This document shows positions 29,559 to 38,268 of a DNA stretch of 64,000 nucleotides, in pieces (position 1 is the first letter of the stretch; each line of letters opens with the position of its first letter). The position numbers and the translations under genes were made by a program. The stretch comes from Patescibacteria group bacterium (GTDB taxonomy: Bacteria > Patescibacteriota > Patescibacteriia > Patescibacteriales > UBA12075), in NCBI GenBank assembly GCA_018897195.1, contig JAHILH010000004.1:83678-147677 (forward strand), in the 5' to 3' direction. A model generated the notes under the pieces. That model searched no databases. It was not told the DNA's origin and worked only from the letters and a program-made list of their open reading frames with translations.

Positions 29559-29617
29559 ACTTAATTAAGTATAAATTTGTAAAATCGTTCTTTAATAATA
29601 AAAATGGAGACACTGCT

Positions 29618-30085
29618 ATGCCGTCATTTAACCATAAAACAAAAATATTGATTATTGAAAATGAAAACACGGCACGCACCATGGCCAGGGGTATGTTAAA
29701 TCGTATGGGCTATTTACAGGTTGACGAGGCAGAAGATGGCGAAATCGCTTGGAATAAAATCTTAACGAACGAACATCTTAAAAGTGTTCGTCCAATGTAC
29801 GAATTAATTTTGTGCGATTTAGACATGCCAAATATGTCTGGCCTCGACCTCTTAAATAAAGTCCGACTAGACATACGTTTTAAAAACATTCCCTTCATTA
29901 TGATAACGGGACATACCGCCCAAAGACATGTTGTCGCCGCAGCCGCCGTTGGCGTAGACGATTATCTCATCAAGCCACTAACGGAAAACCTCCTCCAGGC
30001 AAGCTTAAAGAAGGCTTATGAAAAATTCATCAAACGTCAAAAAAAACTAGAAAGCGTTAATGAAAAAATTTTCAAACGGCCATAA
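29618..30085 (+). CDS. Stand-alone response-regulator receiver protein
   Basis: KILIIENE..., LCDLDMPNMSG and the K of DDYLIKP are present. There is no output domain. Confidence 0.8.
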   Translation: MPSFNHKTKILIIENENTARTMARGMLNRMGYLQVDEAEDGEIAWNKILTNEHLKSVRPMYELILCDLDMPNMSGLDLLNKVRLDIRFKNIPFIMITGHTAQRHVVAAAAVGVDDYLIKPLTENLLQASLKKAYEKFIKRQKKLESVNEKIFKRP

Positions 30086-30145
30086 CAACAAAAGGGATCA
30101 TATTTTGATCCCTTTTTTATTTGTTAATAAATTTGGATTTATTTT

Positions 30146-31150
30146 TTAATTTCCATAATAAATTTGAAACCATTTTTTTCCCACCAAATAAGCAAAAGCT
30201 CTAAACAACATTAATTGCATAAATGGCAACAATATAAATAATTTCAATAATCGCTCTTGCCGACTCTTAAGCACTAAAACTTTATTTAACTTAATCATCT
30301 GATATTTTTGATTTAGTATTTTTTTAGCAACTTCTTCTCCGCTTATTAATGCGAAAGAAATACCTTCTCCAGTTGACTTAGATGCCAAACCAGCAGCATC
30401 GCCAACAAGAAAAATATTTTCAAAAACACAGCCTTTATACAAATAACTAATGGGAGCAGCCTCAAACTTACTATCAGAATAATCATATTTATTCAAATTT
30501 AAAAACTCTTCCAAAAACGCTCTTGCTTTTACCGAAGAAACATTATTGGGGTCAAAATAAACCCCGACATTCGTATAATTAATATGAGGAAAAACCCAGA
30601 CGTAACCAGCTTTTAATTGTCGATGATTTAAATGCCAAGAAAATCTGCTTACCCCTTTATTAATATTATAATACATGCCTATGTTGATTTTTGTTTCAAG
30701 ACCAAGATGCCTTCTAACAATTGAACTTGAACCATCTGCGCCAACTAAATATTTGTAATAAAAGTCTCCAATAGATGTTTTTATTATGTCTTTTTTTATT
30801 TCTTCAACCGAAACATCGGTCACAATTTTTATATTTCCACAATTGTTTATTTTACTCAATTGATACTGTCCTAAATCTAATCTAGAAATAGTTTTTAAAG
30901 GATTTACAAGTTTTATGAGACGTGGTGTATTTTCAAGAAAAAAATCATACTCTTGAAAACTCCTTATTTTATCCTTTGGGATATCAAAATCAGAAACCAA
31001 GGTGGTTAACCCGCCAGCACATACCTTGGGACCTATTATTTTGTTTTTTTCTATTAGAAGAACTGATAAGCCAGTATTTTTTAGTTGTTTCGCGCATTCT
31101 AATCCGCCTGGTCCAGCACCAATAATAATAACGTCGTATATTTTTTCCAT
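30146..31150 (-). CDS. FAD-dependent geranylgeranyl reductase family oxidoreductase
   Basis: The Rossmann motif VIIIGAGPGG is present, along with the PKVCAGGL and GDAAG motifs typical of the GGR family. Confidence 0.75.
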   Translation of the reverse strand: MEKIYDVIIIGAGPGGLECAKQLKNTGLSVLLIEKNKIIGPKVCAGGLTTLVSDFDIPKDKIRSFQEYDFFLENTPRLIKLVNPLKTISRLDLGQYQLSKINNCGNIKIVTDVSVEEIKKDIIKTSIGDFYYKYLVGADGSSSIVRRHLGLETKINIGMYYNINKGVSRFSWHLNHRQLKAGYVWVFPHINYTNVGVYFDPNNVSSVKARAFLEEFLNLNKYDYSDSKFEAAPISYLYKGCVFENIFLVGDAAGLASKSTGEGISFALISGEEVAKKILNQKYQMIKLNKVLVLKSRQERLLKLFILLPFMQLMLFRAFAYLVGKKWFQIYYGN

Positions 31151-31200
31151 AAAAAATTATTATTAACAAATCCCCAAAGCGCCTCCTCCAGCGTTTAATA

Positions 31201-31779
31201 TTATTTTAAAATAATATTAAACGAATCTAGTAAGGTCGAAGCTTCGGGATAAGAAAATTTTGCGCCCTTAATTTTATTCTGCATCAGGTCAATATAGTAA
31301 TTTTTCGCCCCGGATAAATCTGCTTTTTCCAAAATTGTATTTTGAAATTTACTGCCTTGCAAATCAGAGCCGGAAAAATCAACTCCCGTTAAATTAGTTT
31401 TAGAGAAATCCGTTTCTTTTATAGTACAGTCAATAAATTTCGTCAATCGAATTTCTAAGCTTTGAAAATCACAAAGATCGATAACACAATTATGAAACGA
31501 CCATTCTATTAATAAAGTCTTTACACTCGAAAAAGCGACACCGACTATTTTACAATTTTTAAAAACAACATTTTGAAAACTACAATTATCAATCTTAATG
31601 TTGGCAAGATTTGAGTCTGTAAAAGCACAATCGACAAACGACGCGCCGGAGAATTTACTATAACTAAAGTCACATTTTACAAATAAACAGCGAACAAATT
31701 CTTTATCCTGTAAGTCTTGTCCGGTACACTGAATCTTATTAAACGTTTCTTTTTCAAAACTTTGCTCTTCAAATTCCAT
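31201..31779 (-). CDS. Pentapeptide-repeat protein
   Basis: Consecutive A(D/N)LXX-type pentapeptides (CDFSYSKFSGASFVDCAFTDSNLANIKIDNCSF...) cover most of the protein. Confidence 0.8.
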   Translation of the reverse strand: MEFEEQSFEKETFNKIQCTGQDLQDKEFVRCLFVKCDFSYSKFSGASFVDCAFTDSNLANIKIDNCSFQNVVFKNCKIVGVAFSSVKTLLIEWSFHNCVIDLCDFQSLEIRLTKFIDCTIKETDFSKTNLTGVDFSGSDLQGSKFQNTILEKADLSGAKNYYIDLMQNKIKGAKFSYPEASTLLDSFNIILK

Positions 31780-31789
31780 AAGATTATTT

Positions 31790-32797
31790 TTAATTCAGCT
31801 CAATGTCAATATGACGAATCTCCGGAATCTCTCTTTGAATTTCCTCCTCAATCTTATTAATTTTAGAGCCGATTAAACGCGGAATACGATCGGCATAGTC
31901 GGCACAAAAACGAATAAACTCTTGATAGTCCTCTTTGATATCGTCATACTCTTCGCGCATCTCATTATTTTTATAAAGTTCACGCAAGAGCGACGGACCA
32001 TTAAATTCAACTTCACATATAACACGATAAACACCGACATTAAGAATTGATGATTTTAAATCAATCACTCTTTCAATCGCCGGCTCGGATTCCAAGATTT
32101 CAATCAAGCGCTCTTTGGCCTCTTCGGGAATAGACCTACTCTTCAAAAGCTCCATGTTTTTCTTAATCAAAACCACTGCAATAAAACCCAACAACAAACC
32201 AACTACTATCGAACCAGCTGCATCCCAATAATGCTGACCGGTTATCATCGTTAAAACCATACTCAAAGAAGCAACCAAAATACCAAGAACGGCGACACTA
32301 TCTTCATATAAAACTGCCAATGTGGTCGGATCAGCAACCTCCAAAGCTTTAAAGAATTTTCGGCCGTTGCTGTTTTTCTTTATTTCTCTAACGGCTACCA
32401 ATAAAGTAAACGTCTCAATAATCAAAGATAAGCCCAAAATAATAAAAACATATTTATTTAAAAAAATCGAGTTTTCTCCACGCAACGATTCGATACCATT
32501 ATAAATTGTCACACCAGCGCCAAGAAAAAAAATACCGCATGCTGAAATTAATGCCCACAAAAATCTTTCCTGACCATAACCATAATCAAAATAAGCATCC
32601 GCTTTTTTCATTGATCGTTTAATACCGACCATTAATAAACCCTGATTGGCGGTATCGGCAAAACTATGGATTGCTTCCGAAAACATAACGCTTGATCCAG
32701 AAACAAAAAAAGCAATCAACTTCATAAAAGCAATAAAAAGATTTCCCAAGAAGGCAAGCGCAACAGAAGTAAGACCAGTGGTTCTTTGATTTGACAT
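31790..32797 (-). CDS. Cation diffusion facilitator (CDF) family metal efflux transporter
   Basis: A TM2 HSFADTANQ-type motif and six TM segments are followed by a C-terminal cytoplasmic domain. The ORF extends to 32923 in the track, but the Met at 32797 (MSNQRTTG) gives a typical CDF N-terminus. Confidence 0.8.
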   Translation of the reverse strand: MSNQRTTGLTSVALAFLGNLFIAFMKLIAFFVSGSSVMFSEAIHSFADTANQGLLMVGIKRSMKKADAYFDYGYGQERFLWALISACGIFFLGAGVTIYNGIESLRGENSIFLNKYVFIILGLSLIIETFTLLVAVREIKKNSNGRKFFKALEVADPTTLAVLYEDSVAVLGILVASLSMVLTMITGQHYWDAAGSIVVGLLLGFIAVVLIKKNMELLKSRSIPEEAKERLIEILESEPAIERVIDLKSSILNVGVYRVICEVEFNGPSLLRELYKNNEMREEYDDIKEDYQEFIRFCADYADRIPRLIGSKINKIEEEIQREIPEIRHIDIELN

Positions 32798-32963
32798 AAA
32801 ATGTTTAAAAATTATTATAATACCACAATTGTAACACATAAATTTAGATAAAAATAGATATATCTTTGACACAAAAAAGTCTTGCAAAAAAGCACGCACT
32901 ATGCTAATATCTAAAATCAGCAATGGCTGATAAAAATAAAAATCAAAGGAGGAGAATAATAAT

Positions 32964-33425
32964 ATGCATCCAGGTTTAATAAACAGGACTTATCCTGTTA
33001 AAAAAACTGAAAAGGGCTATATTATCAAAGGAAAAATTTCATCAAAACTAGAACCTCAATATTTGGCAATAAATCCAAATAACGGTGAGCTATTTTTACT
33101 GCTCATAAACCTGGAATTTTCTGAAAATCGAAAACAAGGCGCAGACAAACCCAGTAAGGAGCGCTATTTCTACAAAGATAATGGAGGTTTATTTGCCATT
33201 TTAAAAGGAAACGAGGTTACTGGCTTACGCTTTGGAAATGTTACCGATGCCGACTCTTGTCCCTATTGTTGGAATGTTTACTTCACAACTCAAGACGGTG
33301 TCTCTGGTGTTATGATTTCTCCTGATCCTGACCAAATGACAAAATTAAGACCACGTTTTCAAAAAAAGGAACCTGGTTCTAAGGCAGAGGTACTAAAAAC
33401 TGTTCCTTACCGAATCATTGATTAA
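32964..33425 (+). CDS. Hypothetical protein (153 aa)
   Basis: A strong SD AAAGGAGGAG is present. No motif was recognised. Confidence 0.4.
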   Translation: MHPGLINRTYPVKKTEKGYIIKGKISSKLEPQYLAINPNNGELFLLLINLEFSENRKQGADKPSKERYFYKDNGGLFAILKGNEVTGLRFGNVTDADSCPYCWNVYFTTQDGVSGVMISPDPDQMTKLRPRFQKKEPGSKAEVLKTVPYRIID

Positions 33426-33516
33426 TAATTAAAGCCGCCAGTGGACTCATCGAGCACCGCGGGCTTTTTTCTTTTTCGGAAAAATAAAAAAGAGTATTCC
33501 ATTTCGAAATACTCTT

Positions 33517-33864
33517 TTAAGTTTCTGCGCTATGTGCCACCATGGCATATAAATAAGCCACAATATAATGTGACTCCATTTCGGCAAAAGCTTTTACCTC
33601 TGGCCATGCTTCTTTTCTTGGAACATCATCAAGGAAGCGCGCTGTTTGTTGTTTTAAACAGCTTAATTGCATACCGTCATGAAACCTAATATTCAAAAGA
33701 AAAACATTTCGGTCTTCTAAACCGATATCTTCAAACACTAGACCATCTCTTGTGAAAGCATTATACAAAAAATCTCTTTCTCTGGACGAGATAATTTGCC
33801 TGCCATGTACCAGGTCATCAAAGAAAGCTTTCCACACAACGTTTTCGTTAATCGGTTTAGCCAT
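33517..33864 (-). CDS. Hypothetical protein (115 aa), GC-rich island
   Basis: This is the last of four co-oriented genes. It lies 12 bp downstream of 33877..34242. No motif was recognised. Confidence 0.4.
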   Translation of the reverse strand: MAKPINENVVWKAFFDDLVHGRQIISSRERDFLYNAFTRDGLVFEDIGLEDRNVFLLNIRFHDGMQLSCLKQQTARFLDDVPRKEAWPEVKAFAEMESHYIVAYLYAMVAHSAET

Positions 33865-33876
33865 TATCTCCTCCTC

Positions 33877-34242
33877 TTAAAATTCGACATGGTCGATGAT
33901 TGTTGCCAAGATGAACGCAATAATTGGTTGACTGCGATAATCGGCGTACTTGTTAATTTCCCGCCATATAATGGTCAGTTTGTTCCCATGCATTCCGCTT
34001 TGTTTTTGTTGCCTACGCGCCGCTTCGGCTAAACATTCACACTCGCGGTCGGTGCAATACAACGTAATCTCTTTTAACATTGAATCAAACTGTTCTCTTT
34101 TAATTTTCACAAAGGTGGCTGGCAATTGCTCCAAAAGCGCGATTATCATCATTTTGTCGTCAGCCAATATTACTCTTGTCCGTACCAAAACTCCCAATAG
34201 CGACAACCCAGTTAGATTTTGAAGTTCAGCGACAATGGCCAT
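33877..34242 (-). CDS. Hypothetical protein (121 aa), GC-rich island
   Basis: It is tightly paired with 33517..33864. No motif was recognised. Confidence 0.4.
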   Translation of the reverse strand: MAIVAELQNLTGLSLLGVLVRTRVILADDKMMIIALLEQLPATFVKIKREQFDSMLKEITLYCTDRECECLAEAARRQQKQSGMHGNKLTIIWREINKYADYRSQPIIAFILATIIDHVEF

Positions 34243-34395
34243 TGTTTTTCTCCTTCTATTTTTTAGTTTTAATGTGCGGTTGATAATAAATTAAATTAGC
34301 ACATTAGTTGACCAAAGTCAAGACGAAGTAATTCGCCAAAATTTAAAAAGGGCTTACTAATTTCTTAGCAAGCCCCAATTTTACTTCATGCAATT

Positions 34396-35166
34396 TTACT
34401 CTATAATACCAGCTGCATGAGCCAACATCATAGCTGTGTCGGTGTATGCATCCTTGCACACATAACTTCGGCCGCCGTGTACCAGAGACCCGGCTCGTCG
34501 AAATTCTAAATATCTGGAATAAGAAAGTTCCGTCGTGCCTGTCGTAACCGTGTCCCGCACCTGGCCACTGATGACCTTGACCTCAACGGCGAATATTGGC
34601 ACCTCGTTCCCGAGAATACCACGCTCCGAGATGATGTCACCGACCTTGGTAATGGAGCCAATTTCCGTTCCAACTCCAAGCTCATTCAAGACACAACGCT
34701 TAACCGAGTCTTCAACAGATTCTCCATCCACTGAAATGGTTCCAGGAATTTCCACACACCATTTTCTGGTAGCATGTCGAAATACCAGCGACATTATTGC
34801 CTTGCCGTCGCATACCGGCAATACCGCCACGCCGACAGATCCATGCAGACCGTTGATATACACCAACCGGTCGTACAAGCCAGTCGTTACAGTTTTGCCA
34901 GGAAACAGCACCGGGTCGCGCAAAAAAGCAAAATACTTGTCCATAACGATGATTCCGCTTTTCCATGAAGTCGTCTGTCCAACCAGACCGTTAAAATTGA
35001 AATGATTATGCTTATGAAGCTCCTCAATTTCGATAATGGTAGCCGGATTGGTAACGATTTCAATCTCGCCTCGATTCACATCACCGAGGTAAACTCCAGA
35101 CATCTTAATGAAGTCTAGATACTGTTTGATGTGCATCGGTACATATTTTCTATCGTCGTCAGTCAT
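34396..35166 (-). CDS. NudF-like NUDIX protein with degenerate catalytic box
   Basis: GESVEDSVKRCVLNELG aligns with the E. coli NudF GESVEDVARREAIEEAG, but REx2EE is replaced by RCx2NE. The upstream core AVLPV...W..EIPG matches. GC content is about 50%, against ~33% in the flanks. Confidence 0.55.
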   Translation of the reverse strand: MTDDDRKYVPMHIKQYLDFIKMSGVYLGDVNRGEIEIVTNPATIIEIEELHKHNHFNFNGLVGQTTSWKSGIIVMDKYFAFLRDPVLFPGKTVTTGLYDRLVYINGLHGSVGVAVLPVCDGKAIMSLVFRHATRKWCVEIPGTISVDGESVEDSVKRCVLNELGVGTEIGSITKVGDIISERGILGNEVPIFAVEVKVISGQVRDTVTTGTTELSYSRYLEFRRAGSLVHGGRSYVCKDAYTDTAMMLAHAAGIIE

Positions 35167-35516
35167 TTCTCAGCCTCTTTCTTGTTATTATTTTTATAAA
35201 CAAAATAAGCGATCATCACAAACGAGCTTGAAAACAACTTGATACCATTCCCAATTATCAATGGCCAGTTTCGGATACTCCAGCCATAACAAAGCCAGAT
35301 TAATCCTATCGACAAGATCATTACAAACGTCCACAGAGAAACATCCTTCGCCTCTTTAAGCTTGATAATTTTAGCCGCCTGAAATAGCGGATTAAACTCA
35401 AGCAAGGTGGTTCCAAAAGCCATCAACAATAGTGGGTCCTGCTTCGTTTTTGAAACAAATGACAATATTTCTACTATTAAAGTCTTCATCATTTCCCCCT
35501 TTACCATTATTGGCAT
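35163..35516 (-). CDS. Small 3-TM membrane protein, PQ-loop/SemiSWEET-like
   Basis: NPLFQAAKIIKLKEAKDVSLW...LIWLCYGW resembles the PQ-loop consensus. Its stop overlaps the NUDIX start (ATGA). Confidence 0.4.
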   Translation of the reverse strand: MPIMVKGEMMKTLIVEILSFVSKTKQDPLLLMAFGTTLLEFNPLFQAAKIIKLKEAKDVSLWTFVMILSIGLIWLCYGWSIRNWPLIIGNGIKLFSSSFVMIAYFVYKNNNKKEAEK

Positions 35517-35806
35517 ATTTGATTATTTTCAAAGATCACAACCAATAAATATAGCACAAGTACCGCTATTTGTCAATAATATTTTCCAAATTCCTTGTTA
35601 TTATATATTGTCCTTAATATTAGCCATAATATCACAATATATGGGCTTTTGCATTAATCCTAAAATTTTGATATTATCAATATATATTGCTCTGGACAAA
35701 ATCACAAAAACGTGCTAATGTTAGAAGACCGTAAACTTCTATCAAAGTAATGAATTTCTGGTTTTAAAAATTATAACAAACTTCTTTGACTTAATACATA
35801 AATAAT

Positions 35807-37333
35807 ATGGCAGAAAATAAAAAAGCGCCTCTCGTGGTTCTCTTTGGACGCACCAATGTAGGCAAATCAACCCTTTTCAACGTTTTAACAGGCAAGAAAA
35901 TTGCCCTAGTTTCCGACATTGAAGGTTCTACTCGCGACGCCAACACCGGCATGGTTGATTGGCAAGGTAAAAAATTCAAACTAGTTGATACTGGTGGCAT
36001 CTTAGACGTTCGTCATTTAAACAAAACCAAAAAAGAAATCAAAGAAATTGGTCAGACTGACAATATCGATGCCAAGGTACAACAACAAGCCCGTGATTAT
36101 TTGAAAAAGGCTGATTTGATCTTGTTTATGGTTGATGCGCAGGTTGGTATTATCGGTGATGATAAGATCATGGCTCTGGCCTTGAAGAAAATTATTCCTG
36201 AAGCAAAAAATGTCTTGTTGGTAGTAAACAAATCCGACAGTCCAAAATTGCGTCGTGATGTAAATGAATTTAATAAGCTTGCTCTAGGTGATCCAATCTC
36301 TGTTTCTGCTGTAACCAGCTCCGGTACTGGTGATTTGCTTGATATTGTGGTAAAAAATTTAAAAGTTCGCAAGACAAAAGATATTGATCTTGAGAAGGAT
36401 GCGGATAAAACAATCAACGTTACCATTATCGGCAAGCCAAATGTTGGTAAATCGAGCTTTATCAATAAATTAATCGATCGCTTCTCCACCGATGAAGACG
36501 CGCAAAGAATGATTACCTCTGCGACGGCACACACCACAAGAGAACCAAAAGATGTCCAATTTAATTATCAAAACTATATTATCAATTTAATCGATACTGC
36601 CGGCATCAGCAAAAGCGCGCGCAAGAACCTAAAAAAGGGTCGCTCTCATGACGCCCTGGAAAAATTCAGTATTGAAAAATCAATCGCCACTCTAGGCAAG
36701 GCAGACATCGCTATGTTAATGATCGACATTCACGAAGGCATCACCCAACAAGAATCCAAAATCATCGACGATATTATCGAAAGACAGGTTAGTTTAATTA
36801 TTGTCGCTAACAAATGGGATTTAGTCGAAGATCGCGACACAAAAAAATACAAGCAAACAATTTACAACGAATTCCCTTACGCCACCTGGGCACCAATTCA
36901 ATTCATCTCTGCGCTTACTGGCGAAAAGGTTGAAAAAACCTTAGAAATGATTGTTAGACTAGCCAATGCCCGTAAAACTGAAATTAACGAAAATTATTTA
37001 ACCAAGTTCTTATTAAGGATTGTAAAAAAACACGCTCCCGTTCGTGGTGGTGGTGTAAAGAATCCCTACATCTACAAGTTAAGACAGAAGCGATCAAATC
37101 CGCCAAAGTTCGAAATCGTAATTGGCTCCGATGATAATATCGACCAGACCTATGTTCGGTATATCGAGAATCGTCTCCGCGAAAATTTCAAAATCGAAGG
37201 TACTCCAGTTTTTGTAAGTGTAATTCGTAAAAAAGGCGTTCATGGTCAACATGATCTTGTTAAGCTTGCTAATCCGGAAAAAAGAAAGAAGCCAAGAATT
37301 TTCCATTCACCATCTATTGTTCGAAGGCGATAA
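35807..37333 (+). CDS. der: Ribosome-biogenesis GTPase Der/EngA (tandem G domains + KH-like domain)
   Basis: Two G1 motifs (GRTNVGKST, GKPNVGKSS), two DxxG motifs and NKxD motifs are present. Confidence 0.95.
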   Translation: MAENKKAPLVVLFGRTNVGKSTLFNVLTGKKIALVSDIEGSTRDANTGMVDWQGKKFKLVDTGGILDVRHLNKTKKEIKEIGQTDNIDAKVQQQARDYLKKADLILFMVDAQVGIIGDDKIMALALKKIIPEAKNVLLVVNKSDSPKLRRDVNEFNKLALGDPISVSAVTSSGTGDLLDIVVKNLKVRKTKDIDLEKDADKTINVTIIGKPNVGKSSFINKLIDRFSTDEDAQRMITSATAHTTREPKDVQFNYQNYIINLIDTAGISKSARKNLKKGRSHDALEKFSIEKSIATLGKADIAMLMIDIHEGITQQESKIIDDIIERQVSLIIVANKWDLVEDRDTKKYKQTIYNEFPYATWAPIQFISALTGEKVEKTLEMIVRLANARKTEINENYLTKFLLRIVKKHAPVRGGGVKNPYIYKLRQKRSNPPKFEIVIGSDDNIDQTYVRYIENRLRENFKIEGTPVFVSVIRKKGVHGQHDLVKLANPEKRKKPRIFHSPSIVRRR

Positions 37334-37346
37334 TCCCCTCTTTTAT

Positions 37347-37516
37347 CGTCATTCCCGCGAAGGCGGGAATCCAGGTGCCTCGTATTTTATTTCACATATA
37401 AGGAAAATTAAAATAAATAAAGTTTTTTTGTTAATAATATTTATATCACGATTAGTCTCTATAATTATTGACCCACTTTTTGTGGCGCCTGGATTCCCGC
37501 CTTCGCGGGAATGACG
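37347..37516. mobile_element. MITE-like 170 bp element with 33 bp terminal inverted repeats CGTCATTCCCGCGAAGGCGGGAATCCAGGTGCC
   Basis: The TIRs match 32 of 33 positions. Each TIR contains the internal palindrome ATTCCCGC-GAAG-GCGGGAAT. The AT-rich core has no ORF. The element sits exactly between the der stop and the pth start. Confidence 0.6.
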
Positions 37517-37529
37517 TAAGTAATAAACT

Positions 37530-38093
37530 ATGCCAACAGTATTAGTCGGTCTCGGCAACCCCGGTGACCAATACAAATTAACCAGACACAATGCCGGCTT
37601 TTTAGCGATTGATAAAATCGTAACCAGCCTTGGTTTGTCGTGGGAAACAAACAAGAAATTCCAAGCTGAAATTTGCAAGAACGAACAGTATATTTTTATC
37701 AAGCCGCAAACCTTTATGAATAACTCCGGACAGGTAGTGCGCGCCATTCTTTCTTATTATAAATTACTGCCCCAAAAATTTCTTATTTTTAAAGAAAGTA
37801 ATGCTGATCTTTCCGATGAGCTAATCGTTATTCATGATGATCTTGATATAGAACTCGGTAAGTTTAAGAAATCAGTTGACTCTCGTGCGGCTGGCCACAA
37901 TGGTGTGCAATCTATTATCAATCATTTAAAAACTAAAAACTTTACGCGTCTCCGCATCGGCATTAAAACAAAAAACCTGGAAAAAATTCCAGGCGTTAAA
38001 TTTGTTTTACAAAGACTTCCAGAAGAAGAGTTAACCATCATCAATCAAACGATTAATGATATTATCATTAACAAACAATTTGCTGCTCGCTAA
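37530..38093 (+). CDS. pth: Peptidyl-tRNA hydrolase
   Basis: LVGLGNPG...HNAG is present, along with a catalytic His/Asp pattern. Confidence 0.9.
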   Translation: MPTVLVGLGNPGDQYKLTRHNAGFLAIDKIVTSLGLSWETNKKFQAEICKNEQYIFIKPQTFMNNSGQVVRAILSYYKLLPQKFLIFKESNADLSDELIVIHDDLDIELGKFKKSVDSRAAGHNGVQSIINHLKTKNFTRLRIGIKTKNLEKIPGVKFVLQRLPEEELTIINQTINDIIINKQFAAR

Positions 38094-38268
38094 AAAAAAG
38101 TAGAGCAATAAATACCCAAGGAGGATAGATATTCATTGTCCACAATTCTAGTAACAAACAGCAAATTGGTTGCTAGCTTCTTAGATATCTCTAATGATTC
38201 CTGAATCTTAGCACAAGGATTTACAGCTGTCAACACTCATTTTTTATTTAAAATTAGCCATAATATAA

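Noticed and set aside
33441-34242. Plus-strand ORFs 33441..33689, 33796..34032, 33950..34222 and the many antisense ORFs inside the island and flotillin genes (e.g. 34535..35005, 52942..53520, 54054..54626)
   Set aside because: They are antisense to longer ORFs with recognisable domains. They arise because GC-rich segments have few stop codons in any frame.
35779-35806. Promoter for der (TTGACT near 35779)
   Set aside because: The spacing to any -10-like hexamer would put the transcription start inside or after the ATG. No convincing promoter was assigned.
37242-37747. ORFs 37242..37514 (+) and 37349..37747 (-) containing HSREGGNPGA / APGFPPSRE peptides
   Set aside because: These are translations across the two inverted 33 bp TIRs of the MITE. 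The repeated peptide comes from the palindromic DNA. The minus ORF also runs antisense through the pth start.
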